A DNA stretch of 64,000 nucleotides from Chthoniobacterales bacterium (GTDB lineage Bacteria > Verrucomicrobiota > Verrucomicrobiia > Chthoniobacterales > Chthoniobacteraceae), in the NCBI GenBank assembly GCA_038207335.1, contig JBBQZX010000029.1, positions 14,861 through 78,860 of the forward strand, written 5' to 3'. The notes beneath the pieces were generated by a model. It searched no databases. It was given only the letters and a program-made list of their open reading frames with translations, and was not told where the DNA came from. Both the position numbers and the translations under genes were made by a program. Every line of letters starts with the position of its first letter. Positions within the stretch are counted from its first letter, which is position 1. Shown piece by piece: positions 28,886-40,091 of this stretch.

Positions 28886-31800
28886 TTACGGCACATGCAC
28901 GGTCACCACAGCTTGCGAGCCATCGGTGAAGGTGGCGCGATAGATGACTTGGTTGGTGTTATTGCTGAAGCTCCGCGTGACGCCGGGCGAGCCGGAGACA
29001 CCGGTGAGCGCGGTGAACGTCTTTACTGTCTTGCCGCCGATAACGTCTCCTTCGCGGACGAGCAGGCGCAGCGCGCCGGCGCTGTCCACGGCCCAGATGC
29101 CTGCGTCATTTGTCTTGCTGACCCCGCCGGAGCCTTGGAGCAGCGTGGCGGTGAAGAGCGGCCCGCCTCTCCCGCCCCCCGAGATGGCGAGGCTGGCGAA
29201 AGTCTTCCACTTTACCCCAGCACCCGTCTCCGCGGGCTGGGACCCCTCCCGCGCGAGCAGCGTGAGCGTGCCGCCCGCCGGCCGCCACCAGAGCGTCGCG
29301 TCGTCGGAGGAAGTGACCACGCCGAGGCCCTTGATCGTCGCTGGGAAGGCCACCGCGCCCGTCGCCGGCGCGAGCACGGGGTCCTTGAACGCTCTGAAGG
29401 TCGCGCCCGTGATCCCCGTTACGCCCGTCACCCGCGCCACTGGTTCAAACGCGCCCCCAATCCCGAGGAAAATCCCCTTCGCATTCGCGCTTGTCACCCC
29501 GCCCACGCCACTCGTCAGCGTCGAGATCATCGCCGCATAAGTCGTGTCCGGCGCGGCCACCGGGCCGAAGCTCTTGAACGTCGCCGCCGGCAGCAGCGCC
29601 CCGCCGGTCACCTGGCCCGTCTGGGCGAAAGGCGTGAGCGACCCGCCCATCCCATCCACCAGCGCTTGCGTCCCATTGGCGAGCAGGACGAGAAACGCGG
29701 CGTTCCCCTCCGTGTGGGCGCGGCCCTGCCCCGGCGAACCCGACGTCGCCGCGAGCAACTTGAAGCTCCTCACTGTGGTCGATCCGAAGACCTGCCCCTC
29801 ACGGACCACCTGGCGCACTAAGTTGGTCGACACCTCGCCGTTGCTCGCGCTCGTCACCGCATAAGCCGCGCGGTTGTTCGCGCTCGTCACCAGTGGCGCC
29901 CCGCCTTGCAAGCTCGCCACATAGAGCACCTCGGCCCCTTGCAGCGACACGCTCGCAAAGCTCAGCAGCTTCGCGCCATCCGCCGCATCCGCGACCGCAC
30001 CCTTCTGCGCCACCATCGTCAGCGCGCCGCCCGCAAAGGCATTCGTCCACAGCCCCGTGTTGTTCGCCGAACTGATCCCCGGACCCGCAATCGTCGCGGC
30101 GAAAGCCAGCTGCCCAGTCGCATTCAGCACCGGGTCCTTGAACCCCGTGAACGTGACGCCCGCGCCCGCCGCCGGGTCGCCCACCTTCACCACCAGCATC
30201 GCCACCGCCTCCGAGCTCACGCCAAACAGCCCCGTGCCCGACTGCGCCGGAATCGCCCCGTTCTTGGGCGCCGTCCACTTGGCGAGGAAGGCCACCCCGC
30301 CCGTGTCATTGATCGACGGCACCCCAAAGGTCGTAAAGACCGCGCCCGCTGCGATCCGCGAATCCGTCCCCGCGCCCGGCACCTCCGCACCCTTTTGAAA
30401 GAGCACTGTCGTCTCCGGATTGAGCAACACCGTCCAGGCTCGCGTCGCCGGCCTCGCGTCCGCATTGCCCGCCGCATCCGTTGCGAAGACGCTAAACGTG
30501 GCGTCCCCTGCGCCAGCCCGTAGAACGTCACCTTCCCCGGGTTCGTCACCGGCGTCGCGCCATCCAACGAGTAGGTGAACGTCGCCGCCTCATCCGCGCT
30601 GTAGTAAAAAGATGCCTCCGCACTGTCCACCGTCCCGCTCGGTCCACTCGTGATCGTCGTCTCCGGCGCCACCGTATCCACCCTCCATGTATAACTTGCG
30701 GGGCTCGGGTCGGCCATGCCGCCGGCGCTCAGCGCGCGGACGCGGAGGGTGTGACTCCCATCCGCGAGCGGCGCAGTGCTGTAGGGCGAAGTCGCCGCCG
30801 CATATGCCCCCGCATCCACCTGCACCTCAAACGTTGCCCCCGCCTCATTCGACATGAACGCAAAGTCCCCGGTCGGGTCGTTTGTCGGGTTCGGCTCCGT
30901 CGTCGTCAGCGTCGTCTCCAGTGGCGTGGGGAAGACAAGGGAAAAAACTGCCACCGAGCCTTTGTCGTTCTGCGGGGAGTCGTCTCCGGGGATGCCGGCG
31001 ACGGCGGTGGTGCCATCCACCGCCACCGACCGGCCGAAACTGTCGCTGGCCGATGGGCCGGGATTGTTGAGCGTCGCCACCGGAACGGTCGGCGTCGCGC
31101 CAGCGAGGTCATACACGTAAGCAGTGCCGGAGTCGGTGGCGCCCGTGTCGTCCGAGGAAGCTCCCACCACCACCCGCGTGCCGGAGATCGCCACCGACAC
31201 GCCGAAAGCGTCGTCCGTCGCCGGGTCCGGGTTGTTCAGCGTCGCCACCGGAACGGTCGGCGTCGCGCTGGCGAGATCATACACGTAGGCGCTACCCGCC
31301 CTGGCGACGTTCGTGCTGTCATAGAGAGCCCCGACCACCACCCGCGGGCCGGAGATGGCCACTGAAAAGCCGAATAGGTCGCTCGACCCCGGGCTCGGGT
31401 TATGGAGCGTCGCCACCGGGACAGTCGGCGTCGCACTGCTCAGGTCATACACATAGGCGCTGCCCGCGGCGTCGGCACCCGCGTCGTCGAGGTAAGCCCC
31501 CACGACGATCCGAGTGCCATCCACCGCTACCGAATTGCCGAACTGGTCTTCCACCGTCGGCTCGGGATTATTGAGCGTCGCTACGGGAGTGGTGGGCGTT
31601 GCGCTCGCGAGGTCATAGACGTAGGCGCTACCCGCATTAAGGAGGCCGGTGTCGTCGTCGGGCGCACCCACCACCACGAGGGTGCCAGAGATTGCCACCG
31701 ACTGGCCGAAGAGGTCGGACAACGATGGGCTGGGATTATTGAGCGTCGCCACCGGAGTGGTCGGCGTCGCGCTGGCCAGGTCATACACGTACGCAATTCC

Positions 31801-33321
31801 GACGTCCTGCGGGCCGGTGTCGTCCCGGAGAGCCCCGACTACCACCCGGGTGCCGGAGATCCCTACCGAACACCCGAAGAAGTCGCCCGTCCCCGGGCTG
31901 GGATTGTGGAGCGTCGCCACGGGAGTGGTGGGCGTCGTACTGGCGAGATCATACACGTAGGCACTGCCCGCGTCCTGCGCGCCAGTGTCCTCCCGGGTAG
32001 CCCCCACCACCATCCGCGTGCCGGAGATCGCCACCGAGGTGCCGAAGAAGTCGGCCGCCGCCGGGCCGGGGTTGTTCAGCTTCGCCACCGCTGTGGTCGG
32101 CGCCGCGCCCGCGAGGTCGTAAACGTAAGCACTGCCCGCGTCGGTGGCACCCATGTCGTCCCTGGGAGCCCCCACCACCACCGATGTGCCGGAGATCGCC
32201 ACCGACACGCCAAAGCCGTTGCCCGCTGCTGGGCTGGGTTCGGTGAGCGTCGCGAACGGAGTGGTCGGCGTCGCGCTCACGACATCATACAGGTAGGCTC
32301 TGTCCGAGCCGTTCCCGTAACCTCCCACTAATGCCCGCGTCCCGGAGATCGCTACCGACTTGCCGAAGTTGTTGTTGAACCCCGGGCTGGGGTCCGTGAG
32401 TGTCGCCATCGGTGTCGTCGGGTTCGCCCCGGCGAGGTCATACACGTAGGCGGCGCCAGCGTAGAGGATCTGGGAAGCCCCGACGGCCACGCGGGTGCCG
32501 GAGATCGCTACCGAGAACCCGAAAGACTTGACGGTGGCCAAGCTGGGATTGGTGAGCGTCGCCACCGGCGTGGTGGGCGTCGCGCTGGCGAGGTCATACA
32601 CGTAGGCGCTGCCCGCGTTCGTAGCACCCGTATCGTCTTGAGAAGCCCCCACCACCACCCGGGTGCCGGAGATCGCCACCGAGTTGCCGAATTGGTCGTT
32701 CGCCGCCGGGCTGGGGTTGTTCAGCGTCGCCACTGGAGTGTTCGGCGTCGCGCCGGCGAGGTCATACACATAGGCGCTACCCGCGTTGGTGGCACCCGTG
32801 TAGTCCGAGGGAGCCCCAACCACCACCCGGGTACCGGAGATTGCCACCGACTGGCCAGAGACTCGGCGGGGAGTGGTGAGCGCCATCACGGGAATGGTGG
32901 GCGTCGTGCTGGCAAGGTCATACACGTAGGCGATCCCCACGAGATTGGTCCCCGGGACATCGTCGAAAGCCCCCACCACGACCCGCGGGCCGGAGATCGC
33001 CACTGAACTTCCGAATCCATCGTACCGCGCCGGGGTCGGGTTCGGCAGCAAGTGGAGCAGCGCCCCGGTCGTGGAGTCGAACACTTTGACCACGCCCGAG
33101 TCCTGCGCGAGCAGATCGTCACTCGGCGCGCCCGTCACTGTGAGGTTCCCATCAGTCGCCACCGCGGAGCCGAGCTGCGCGCCCGGCTGCATCCCCACCG
33201 GCGGGGCCGGGATATAGTGGGTCGGCGCGGGAGTCGCCTGCCCGAGGGCCGCGGGCGGCGTGCCGGGGAAACAGGCGGACAGCGCGAGTAAGGCGATCGG
33301 GAGGCGGATTGAGCGATTCAT
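28886..33321 (-). pseudogene. Large secreted FG-GAP-repeat protein (14 blades, 2 Ig-like domains, C-terminal NxxGxxAF repeat domain) with a 1-bp frameshift at ~30500
   Basis: Start MNRSIR at 33321; ~58-aa repeats FGxSVAISGTRVVVGAxxDD...AYVYDL; the Ig domain continues in another frame (TFSVFATDAAGNAD) into ORF 28886-30430 with PSINDTGGVAF and PVLNATGQLAF. Confidence 0.8.
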
Positions 33322-33849
33322 GGCGGGTGAGCAGGGGGCGGTGGGCGAGTCGGGGGAAATGAAGCGGTGCGAGCAACGCGGAGCATGCCGTAGACGGAAC
33401 GAGGAACCAGTGGCAAACCGAGGCAACCTCCTCCGCAACGTGGCTCATGGTCCGAGCCAAAGCTGAAGACGAGAATTCTGACGCCCCACAAAAAGTGCGC
33501 GCGAAGGGGAGCCGCGTCAACAGTTCGATCGTTTTGTGGAGCAGCGTCCGAGCGCGGTGGCTTACAAGCGCGGCGCCCACCGCTTGCGGCGTCCCGGCCG
33601 CGGAAACGGCGGATTCGCCGGGTCAAAGGTCGTCGGCACCGCTTTCACCTGATCGGGCAACGGTGCGGGCAGGCATTTTGATCGCATTCATCACCGGCAA
33701 TCTCACCGGCCAAAGCGCGGCGAGCGAGCCGACGAAGGTGCTGGTACCGCAGCGGGCGCCGGGGGGACGCGTGGCGGCCGGCGGTTTAGGTGGAGAGGCC
33801 GAGGTGCGGCTTGGAAGACTCAGGTTTTCGCCCGCGACCGCTTGGGTGT

Positions 33850-34662
33850 TCACTTCCCGAGCAGGAGGGGAAGCAGCAAAAGCAGGACGCCGGCAGCGAT
33901 GCGGTAGATTCCGAAGCCGGTGAAAGTGTGCGTTTGCACGTATCTCAACATCCATTTCACGGCGGCGAATGACACGATTGCGGCGACGCCTGCGGCAATG
34001 AGCGTCAGCGTCCAGTCGATGTGCGGGGCGTCGGGCGCGGGATGGTGGAACGCCTTGAAAATCTTGTATGCACCGGCCGCGAGGAGCGTCGGGATGCCGA
34101 CGAGAAAGGAGAATTCCGTGGCGATCACGCGATTTGTGCCGAGCAGCAGGGCGAACAAAATCGTCGCGCCAGAACGAGAGGTGCCGGGGAAAATCGCGGC
34201 GATGAGTTGCGCCACGGCGACCGCGATGACGACCGGCCAGGTGATCGAATCTCGCCGCGCATGATCGCCGAGCATTTTCTCCACGATAACGAACGCCACA
34301 CCACCGATGATGAGCGCCCACGCGACCGGGCCGACTTCCTCCGGCAGTTTGAAATGCAGCTTGTCGAGCACAAGGCCGCCGACACCGGTGATGCCAAAGG
34401 CTACGATGATTTTCGTGAGCATGTCGCGACTCGCCGGTTCATTCAGCCGCGAGAGCATCGCGAGCCGGCCGGAGAAAAGCGGGATGACAGCGAGCACCGC
34501 GCCGCACTGGATCACAATGTTGAAAAAGTCGCTGCGGAGAAAACTCGCGGGATCGATTTTCAACAGATGCTCGGCGATGAGCAGATGACCGGTGGAGGAA
34601 ACCGGGATGAACTCAGTGAGCCCCTCGACGACGCCGAGGATGAGAGCGAGCAGGAAAGACAT
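33850..34662 (-). CDS. uppP: Undecaprenyl-diphosphate phosphatase
   Basis: GVVEGLTEFIPVSSTGHL, PGTSRSGATI, EFSFL, FGIYRI. Confidence 0.95.
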   Translation of the reverse strand: MSFLLALILGVVEGLTEFIPVSSTGHLLIAEHLLKIDPASFLRSDFFNIVIQCGAVLAVIPLFSGRLAMLSRLNEPASRDMLTKIIVAFGITGVGGLVLDKLHFKLPEEVGPVAWALIIGGVAFVIVEKMLGDHARRDSITWPVVIAVAVAQLIAAIFPGTSRSGATILFALLLGTNRVIATEFSFLVGIPTLLAAGAYKIFKAFHHPAPDAPHIDWTLTLIAAGVAAIVSFAAVKWMLRYVQTHTFTGFGIYRIAAGVLLLLLPLLLGK

Positions 34663-34722
34663 CAGGGAGTATTTTGAATGCACGAGTCGCCGCGTGGCGA
34701 CCCATTCAAAATCAAAACTTCT

Positions 34723-35073
<351 letters not shown>

Positions 35074-35173
35074 CTATCGGGCGCGCGTGCTTTTGCAAGC
35101 ATTGAAGCGGGCTCCGGGGTCATTCGGTGTTTTTTGATGCGGCTGCCGGCGAACTGCGGCACGGTCTGCACGA

Positions 35174-35818
35174 ATGATTGCCACTTGGATTCGCCAAAAA
35201 GATGAGCCGCTGTTCGCCAGATTTTTCGAGCCGCATCCCGGCGTTCGCTGCGAAAACGCGCGCACCGCTCCGGTCGATCTCGCGGACGCGACCGGCCTGC
35301 TGGTGACCGGCGGCCCGGACATCTCCGCGGAGTTCCACAACGAGCCCGTCAGCGATCCCGCCCTCATCGAAGACCCGGAGCCGGAGCGCGACGCCTGGGA
35401 GTTTGCTGCGATCCGCGCGGCGCTCGATCGCGGCCTGCCGATCTTCTGCATTTGCAAAGGCGTGCAGGTGCTGAACGTCGCGCTCGGCGGCACGCTGCAC
35501 CTCGATATTCGCGGTCACGACCTGCCCGAGCTGAAGGACGGAAATCTACAGCCGCTGCGCTTCGACACGGGCGCGCGGCATCGCTTCGAAAAGGTGAACA
35601 GCTCCCACCACCAAGCGCTCGACCGGCTGGGCGATGGGCTGGAGATCGAGGCCTGGAGCGCATCGGACGACATCGTCGAGCAGGTGCGGCTCCGAAAATA
35701 TCCTTTCGCGCTCGGCGTCCAATACCACCCGGAACGCGATTGGATGTACGCGCCGCTCTTCGAGGAGTTCATCGCGCATTCTCAAAATGGACGTTCAACC
35801 GATCTCACCCGCACCTAA
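35174..35818 (+). CDS. Class I glutamine amidotransferase-like hydrolase (peptidase C26/PuuD family)
   Basis: TGGPDI, ICKGVQVLNVALGGTL, VNSSHHQA, GVQYHPE. Confidence 0.9.
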   Translation: MIATWIRQKDEPLFARFFEPHPGVRCENARTAPVDLADATGLLVTGGPDISAEFHNEPVSDPALIEDPEPERDAWEFAAIRAALDRGLPIFCICKGVQVLNVALGGTLHLDIRGHDLPELKDGNLQPLRFDTGARHRFEKVNSSHHQALDRLGDGLEIEAWSASDDIVEQVRLRKYPFALGVQYHPERDWMYAPLFEEFIAHSQNGRSTDLTRT

Positions 35819-36728
35819 TCACGACGCGCTCCCGCTCGATCTCACGATCCGATGCGGGCTCGAGCTCGTCTATGAAGCCACCGCGCCCACGCCCGCGATC
35901 CTTTTGCTGAGGCCGCGGCTCGAACCCTTCGAGTCCATCGAGAGAGAAGAATTCAGCGTCGAGCCAAAGCTGCCGTTGGTGGCATTCGAGGACTGGCACG
36001 GCAACATCGCGCAGCGCGTCGTGCTCCCGCCGGGGCGCACGACCATCCGCCACGACTCGTTCATCTCCGTCCCGAGCGTGCGCGAAAATGTCGGCATCCT
36101 CGACGAGCCGCACCCGATCGAGCAGGTGCCTTCCGAGCTGCTTCGCTACACGCTTCCCAGCCGGTATTGCGACTCCGACCGGCTCATGGATTTCGCGTAT
36201 CAGCAGTTCGGCCAGATCCCGCACGGGCTCCAGCGCGTGCAGGCGATTTGCGACTGGCTCCACAAAAACATCGAATACCGCTGGGGCTCCGGCAGCCCGC
36301 ACGTCACCGCGAGCGAAGTCATCGCTCAGCGCTACGGCGTCTGCCGCGACTTCGCCCACACGGCCATCGCGCTCTTCCGCTGCTTCAATCTCCCCGCGCG
36401 CTACATCACCGGCCACGTCCCCGACGTCGCATTCCAGGACCCCGGCACCGCCATGGACTTCCACGCTTACGCCCAAGTCTATATCGGCCACCGCTGGTGC
36501 ACCTTCGACGCGCGGTTCAATGTCGCGCGCATCGGGCGGATCAAAATCGCGTGCGGGCTCGACGCCGTCGATGGCGCCTTCTCCACGCTCTACGGCGCGG
36601 CGCGGCTCGCCTACTTCAGCGTCTGGTCCTACCAGATCGACCCCGCGGTGGTGAATCTCGGCGACCCTATCGACCTCGCAAAGCGCATGGACGGCACGCC
36701 CGAGCTGCGCTTCCCCGGTGTCCGGTAG
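35787..36728 (+). CDS. Transglutaminase-like family protein
   Basis: YTLPSRYCDSD, GVCRDFAH, MDFHAY, TFDAR (Cys-His-Asp triad). Confidence 0.9.
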   Translation: MDVQPISPAPNHDALPLDLTIRCGLELVYEATAPTPAILLLRPRLEPFESIEREEFSVEPKLPLVAFEDWHGNIAQRVVLPPGRTTIRHDSFISVPSVRENVGILDEPHPIEQVPSELLRYTLPSRYCDSDRLMDFAYQQFGQIPHGLQRVQAICDWLHKNIEYRWGSGSPHVTASEVIAQRYGVCRDFAHTAIALFRCFNLPARYITGHVPDVAFQDPGTAMDFHAYAQVYIGHRWCTFDARFNVARIGRIKIACGLDAVDGAFSTLYGAARLAYFSVWSYQIDPAVVNLGDPIDLAKRMDGTPELRFPGVR

Positions 36729-36733
36729 CGCCC

Positions 36734-37684
36734 CTACGCAAACGCCGCGCGCAGCATCTCGATGCCCTTCTGCACGCCAGTTTCCGCGGCCTCTTTCCCC
36801 TCCATCTCGAGCGATACGTATCCCGTGTAATTCGCCGCCCGCAACAGCCCGGCGATCCGCTTGTAATCAAGGTCCAGCGTGTACCACTCCCCTCCCCCCG
36901 GATAGGTCTTCGCCTGCACAAAGACCGTCTTCGGCGCGATCTTCTCCAGCTTCTCATACGGCTCCTCGAGAAAATTCCCCGTATCCATCAGCGCGCCCAC
37001 CCACGGCGACTTCACCCCATCTAGGATGCGCAACATCCCCTCCGGCGTATTCGAGAGCCCCCAGTGATTTTCCAGCGCCAGCATCACCCCCCGCGCCTCC
37101 GCCTTCTCCGCACACTTCGCGATCGATTCGATCGCCCACTTAAACCCATCGTCCACCGTAAACCCCGCGAGCACCGGTTCGATCCCCCGCGCCTTCATCA
37201 GATCGTCAAACCCCGCGATCGTCTTCCACCGCCCCGCATTCAGCCGGATGCACGGCACCCCCAGCGCATACGCGATCTCGATGCACTTCTCCGTATGCGC
37301 GATCCACTTGTGCCGCTCCGCCGGATTCGGCGACACGAAATCCTGATGGATCGAAAGGCACGCCAGATCCACCCCCGCGCGAAACGCGTGCCGCTTCAGC
37401 TTCATGCAATACGCGTGCGACGCCGCATCCAGCGCGGCCAGTTCCTCGATCCCCATCTGCCGGTGTAAAATATCGAGCCCCTGCACCCCGAGCGCCGCCG
37501 TCTTATCGATCACCGTCTCGATCGGCACCGCCGGTCCCCGGAAGTGCCAATACGAATACGTCGAAATCGCCAGCTTGATCGGCGACGCCACCGCAGCCGT
37601 CGGTGCCGCCACCACATCCGCTCCCCGAGCCATCGCCCCGCCGAGCCCAGCCATCGTCGTTGCGAGAAAAGCGCGCCGATTCAT
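36734..37684 (-). CDS. Tat-exported sugar phosphate isomerase/epimerase (xylose isomerase-like TIM barrel)
   Basis: MNRRAFL twin-arginine signal; LALENHWG, MDTGNF, VSLEMEG. Confidence 0.88.
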   Translation of the reverse strand: MNRRAFLATTMAGLGGAMARGADVVAAPTAAVASPIKLAISTYSYWHFRGPAVPIETVIDKTAALGVQGLDILHRQMGIEELAALDAASHAYCMKLKRHAFRAGVDLACLSIHQDFVSPNPAERHKWIAHTEKCIEIAYALGVPCIRLNAGRWKTIAGFDDLMKARGIEPVLAGFTVDDGFKWAIESIAKCAEKAEARGVMLALENHWGLSNTPEGMLRILDGVKSPWVGALMDTGNFLEEPYEKLEKIAPKTVFVQAKTYPGGGEWYTLDLDYKRIAGLLRAANYTGYVSLEMEGKEAAETGVQKGIEMLRAAFA

Positions 37685-38120
37685 CTCAGGAGAAAAAGTG
37701 AACACATCGAACGAGGTGGGAACATCATGCCGGGAGCGTAAGAATTGCCGGAAAAAAACCAATCACCAACAATGCTGTCTAGCGGATTTGAACCCCCGCT
37801 CAATTCGAAGTCAGAATGGGGTCGCCGCGCACGAATCGACGATAACTCGCCAACGGCGCGCTGCCTCCATTCCCCTGTGGAGGAAGCGCACCATCGCTTC
37901 CGTAGCTGGATCATCGGCAACACCATCGGCGTCGCCGTCGGAACATTGCCTGGCAGCACTCTGTAAACAAAATCCGCTCGCGACGGCTGCGGGCGCAGAT
38001 GCCGTCTTTCTTCCTCATCGAGTTGCTCCACGCCAGGAGCATCCATGCCACGAGTGGCATAGATACGCTACGGGATTTGAGTGAGGAGGCGGCCTTGCCG
38101 GGCGTGCTACAGGTATGCGG

Positions 38121-38326
38121 ATGCCCTTGGATCACGATCACGAGCCTATTTTCATCCGAACACCGAGCGTGGCCAATTGATTGCGGCCTTTCCGCTCTCA
38201 GGCCGCTTGGCAAACGTGCTAGAGGCAGCGAATGTACGGGTTCCCGGCGATCTCCACGGACGCTCGTTCGCCGAAAATGCGCGGGTTCGGAACTGCGGGC
38301 TGTTTTCTGCCGGGGAGGACCCGTGA
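38121..38326 (+). pseudogene. Frameshifted fragment with an RNA polymerase alpha-CTD-like domain
   Basis: MPLDHDHEPIFI[fs]NTERGQLIAAFPLSGRLANVLEAANVRVPGDLHGRSFAENARVRNCG resembles alpha-CTD LSVR..N.L...I..IGDL......L...N.G. Confidence 0.45.
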
Positions 38327-38442
38327 CACCTTCACTCCACCCAGCATCTCGCCGAGGGCATTTCCAGCTTTGGACGCGTGACAAACCGTGAAAAATCAGC
38401 CTCCGAACACTGTCTTGTGCCGGTTTTTGGGCTTCTCGAAAG

Positions 38443-38524
38443 TGCCGGGGAGGGGACTCGAACCCCTACTCCTTGCGGAACCAGATCCTAAGTCTGGCGC
38501 GTCTGCCAATTTCGCCACCCCGGC
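38443..38524 (-). tRNA. tRNA-Leu (anticodon TAG), CCA not encoded
   Basis: GCCGGGG acceptor stem, D-loop TTGGCAGACG, CCAGA-CT-TAG-GA-TCTGG anticodon arm, long variable arm, GGTTCGAGTCC T-arm. Confidence 0.97.
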
Positions 38525-38566
38525 TTCTCTGAAAATCTCCTCCTTTTCGGAGGTCAAAACGGTGTC

Positions 38567-38583
38567 TGTGCTAGAATTTGTGC
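38567..38583 (+). repeat. 17-bp direct repeat, copy 1 (TGTGCTAGAATTTGTGC)
   Basis: Identical to 52044-52060. Confidence 0.8.
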
Positions 38584-38833
38584 CTGAAGCAGCGGCGCAA
38601 AACGCATTGAAACGCAAAGCGGTGGTGCTCCGAAATCGGCTAAAAACTCAACACGACGCGCAGCTTATTCGCGTCGGCGATTCGCGCAATCGCCGAGTGT
38701 CGGAAATCTGCGCGTGCGAATGCCGTTTCTGCGTTTTCATCAGTGTCTGCGGGGCGCTGTATGTCGCGCCGATGGAGACGAGGCTTGGAGTGCCGAGCGT
38801 CGGCTGTATGATCGCGCCGATTGGATTGATGCC

Positions 38834-40000
38834 ATGAACGCTACCCGCCTCTCTGGACTCACTCTTCTCGTGGTGTGTGTGGGAGGGGCGGCTTGGTGGT
38901 GGTCGAGCGCGCGATTTGCTTCCCCAAAGTCACTCGTTTCCAGCGATTCACGGCAAACCGGTAATGGTGTGACGACCCCGCTCGCGGTGAAGGCAACGCC
39001 GGCATCCACCTCTGAGGCCAAGGCGACCCTCCTCGACGACTTCGTGGACCGGCTCAACGGCGCAAACGCTCCAGCCGCGAGCCGGGAAATCCTCACGGCA
39101 TTGCGGACTCTGCTCGATTCGCTTCCCCGAGAGGTTGCTTCGCACGAAGCGCTGGCATTTCTCGCCGGGCAAAAGGACGCCGGGACCAAGCTGGACGTCA
39201 CCGTCAAGCCCGGCGGTACGCTCGGGGATGCGTCGTCGCTGCGTGTCTTTTTGCTCGATTACCTCGGACAGATCGACCGGCCCGCCGCCGCTGTGCTGGG
39301 AAAGCAAATCCTCAGCACGCCTGACTCGCCGGATGAATGGGCGGTGAGTCTGCGGAATGTCGCGTGGGGCGATGATACGCCGGCCAATCTCGACTATCTC
39401 CGCGCGAAGGCCCGCGAAATGATTTCCAATCCAAAGTGGCGGCAGAATCCCTCCGCCGGCTTTTTGGAAGCGTTCGACGTCATCGTTCATGCGAAAGGAT
39501 TCAACCTCGTGCCACAACTGACCGAACTGGTGCGCGACAAGGAAAACCGCGCCGTGGGCCACGCGGCCTACCTCACGCTGGACCGGCTCACCATCGCCGA
39601 TCCTGCGGCGGCTCTCGCTCCGCTCGCCGCGCACCCGGAGTGGATGGAAGGCCGCGAACAGACGCGCGCCAATTTCTTTGCCCGCGCCGACGTAAACGAC
39701 CCGCGGCAAAAGGCACTGCTCGAAAGCTACCTCCTCGATCCGCACCGGTCCGCGCTGGAGTTGCAGACCTTCGCGGGGCTCTACCCGAATGCGAACTACA
39801 TGATTTCCAACAATCTGCTCTCCGAAACCTCCACGCCCACGAACACGGAACTGGCGGCGCGAGACCGGGCGGCGCTCGAGGTTTTGGATTCGTGGCTGAA
39901 TGATTCGCGTTTTGCCCGCCTTCTGCCTCAACTCGAAGCGACACGCGCAAGGCTGCAATCCTTCGTCCAGCAGGCGTCACCATTGAAATCGTCACCGTGA
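38834..40000 (+). CDS. Hypothetical N-terminally membrane-anchored alpha-helical (HEAT-like) protein
   Basis: TM segment ending AWWWSS, S/T/P linker, amphipathic helical body; start MNATRL at 38834. Confidence 0.75.
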   Translation: MNATRLSGLTLLVVCVGGAAWWWSSARFASPKSLVSSDSRQTGNGVTTPLAVKATPASTSEAKATLLDDFVDRLNGANAPAASREILTALRTLLDSLPREVASHEALAFLAGQKDAGTKLDVTVKPGGTLGDASSLRVFLLDYLGQIDRPAAAVLGKQILSTPDSPDEWAVSLRNVAWGDDTPANLDYLRAKAREMISNPKWRQNPSAGFLEAFDVIVHAKGFNLVPQLTELVRDKENRAVGHAAYLTLDRLTIADPAAALAPLAAHPEWMEGREQTRANFFARADVNDPRQKALLESYLLDPHRSALELQTFAGLYPNANYMISNNLLSETSTPTNTELAARDRAALEVLDSWLNDSRFARLLPQLEATRARLQSFVQQASPLKSSP

Positions 40001-40091
40001 TTCAATGGAGAAGGGCATTGCGAGGGCCTGATTGGGACCGGGTTTCCCTTTTGACTTCGCATCAATGTGTTCCATCTTCGCGCGGCTTCCC

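Noticed and set aside
30940..33200. DNA-level ~174-bp repeats as a non-coding array
   Set aside because: Fully explained by FG-GAP protein repeats in one frame.
33322..33849. ORFs or ncRNA in the 530-bp gap
   Set aside because: No recognisable motif, coding bias or conserved structure that I can support.
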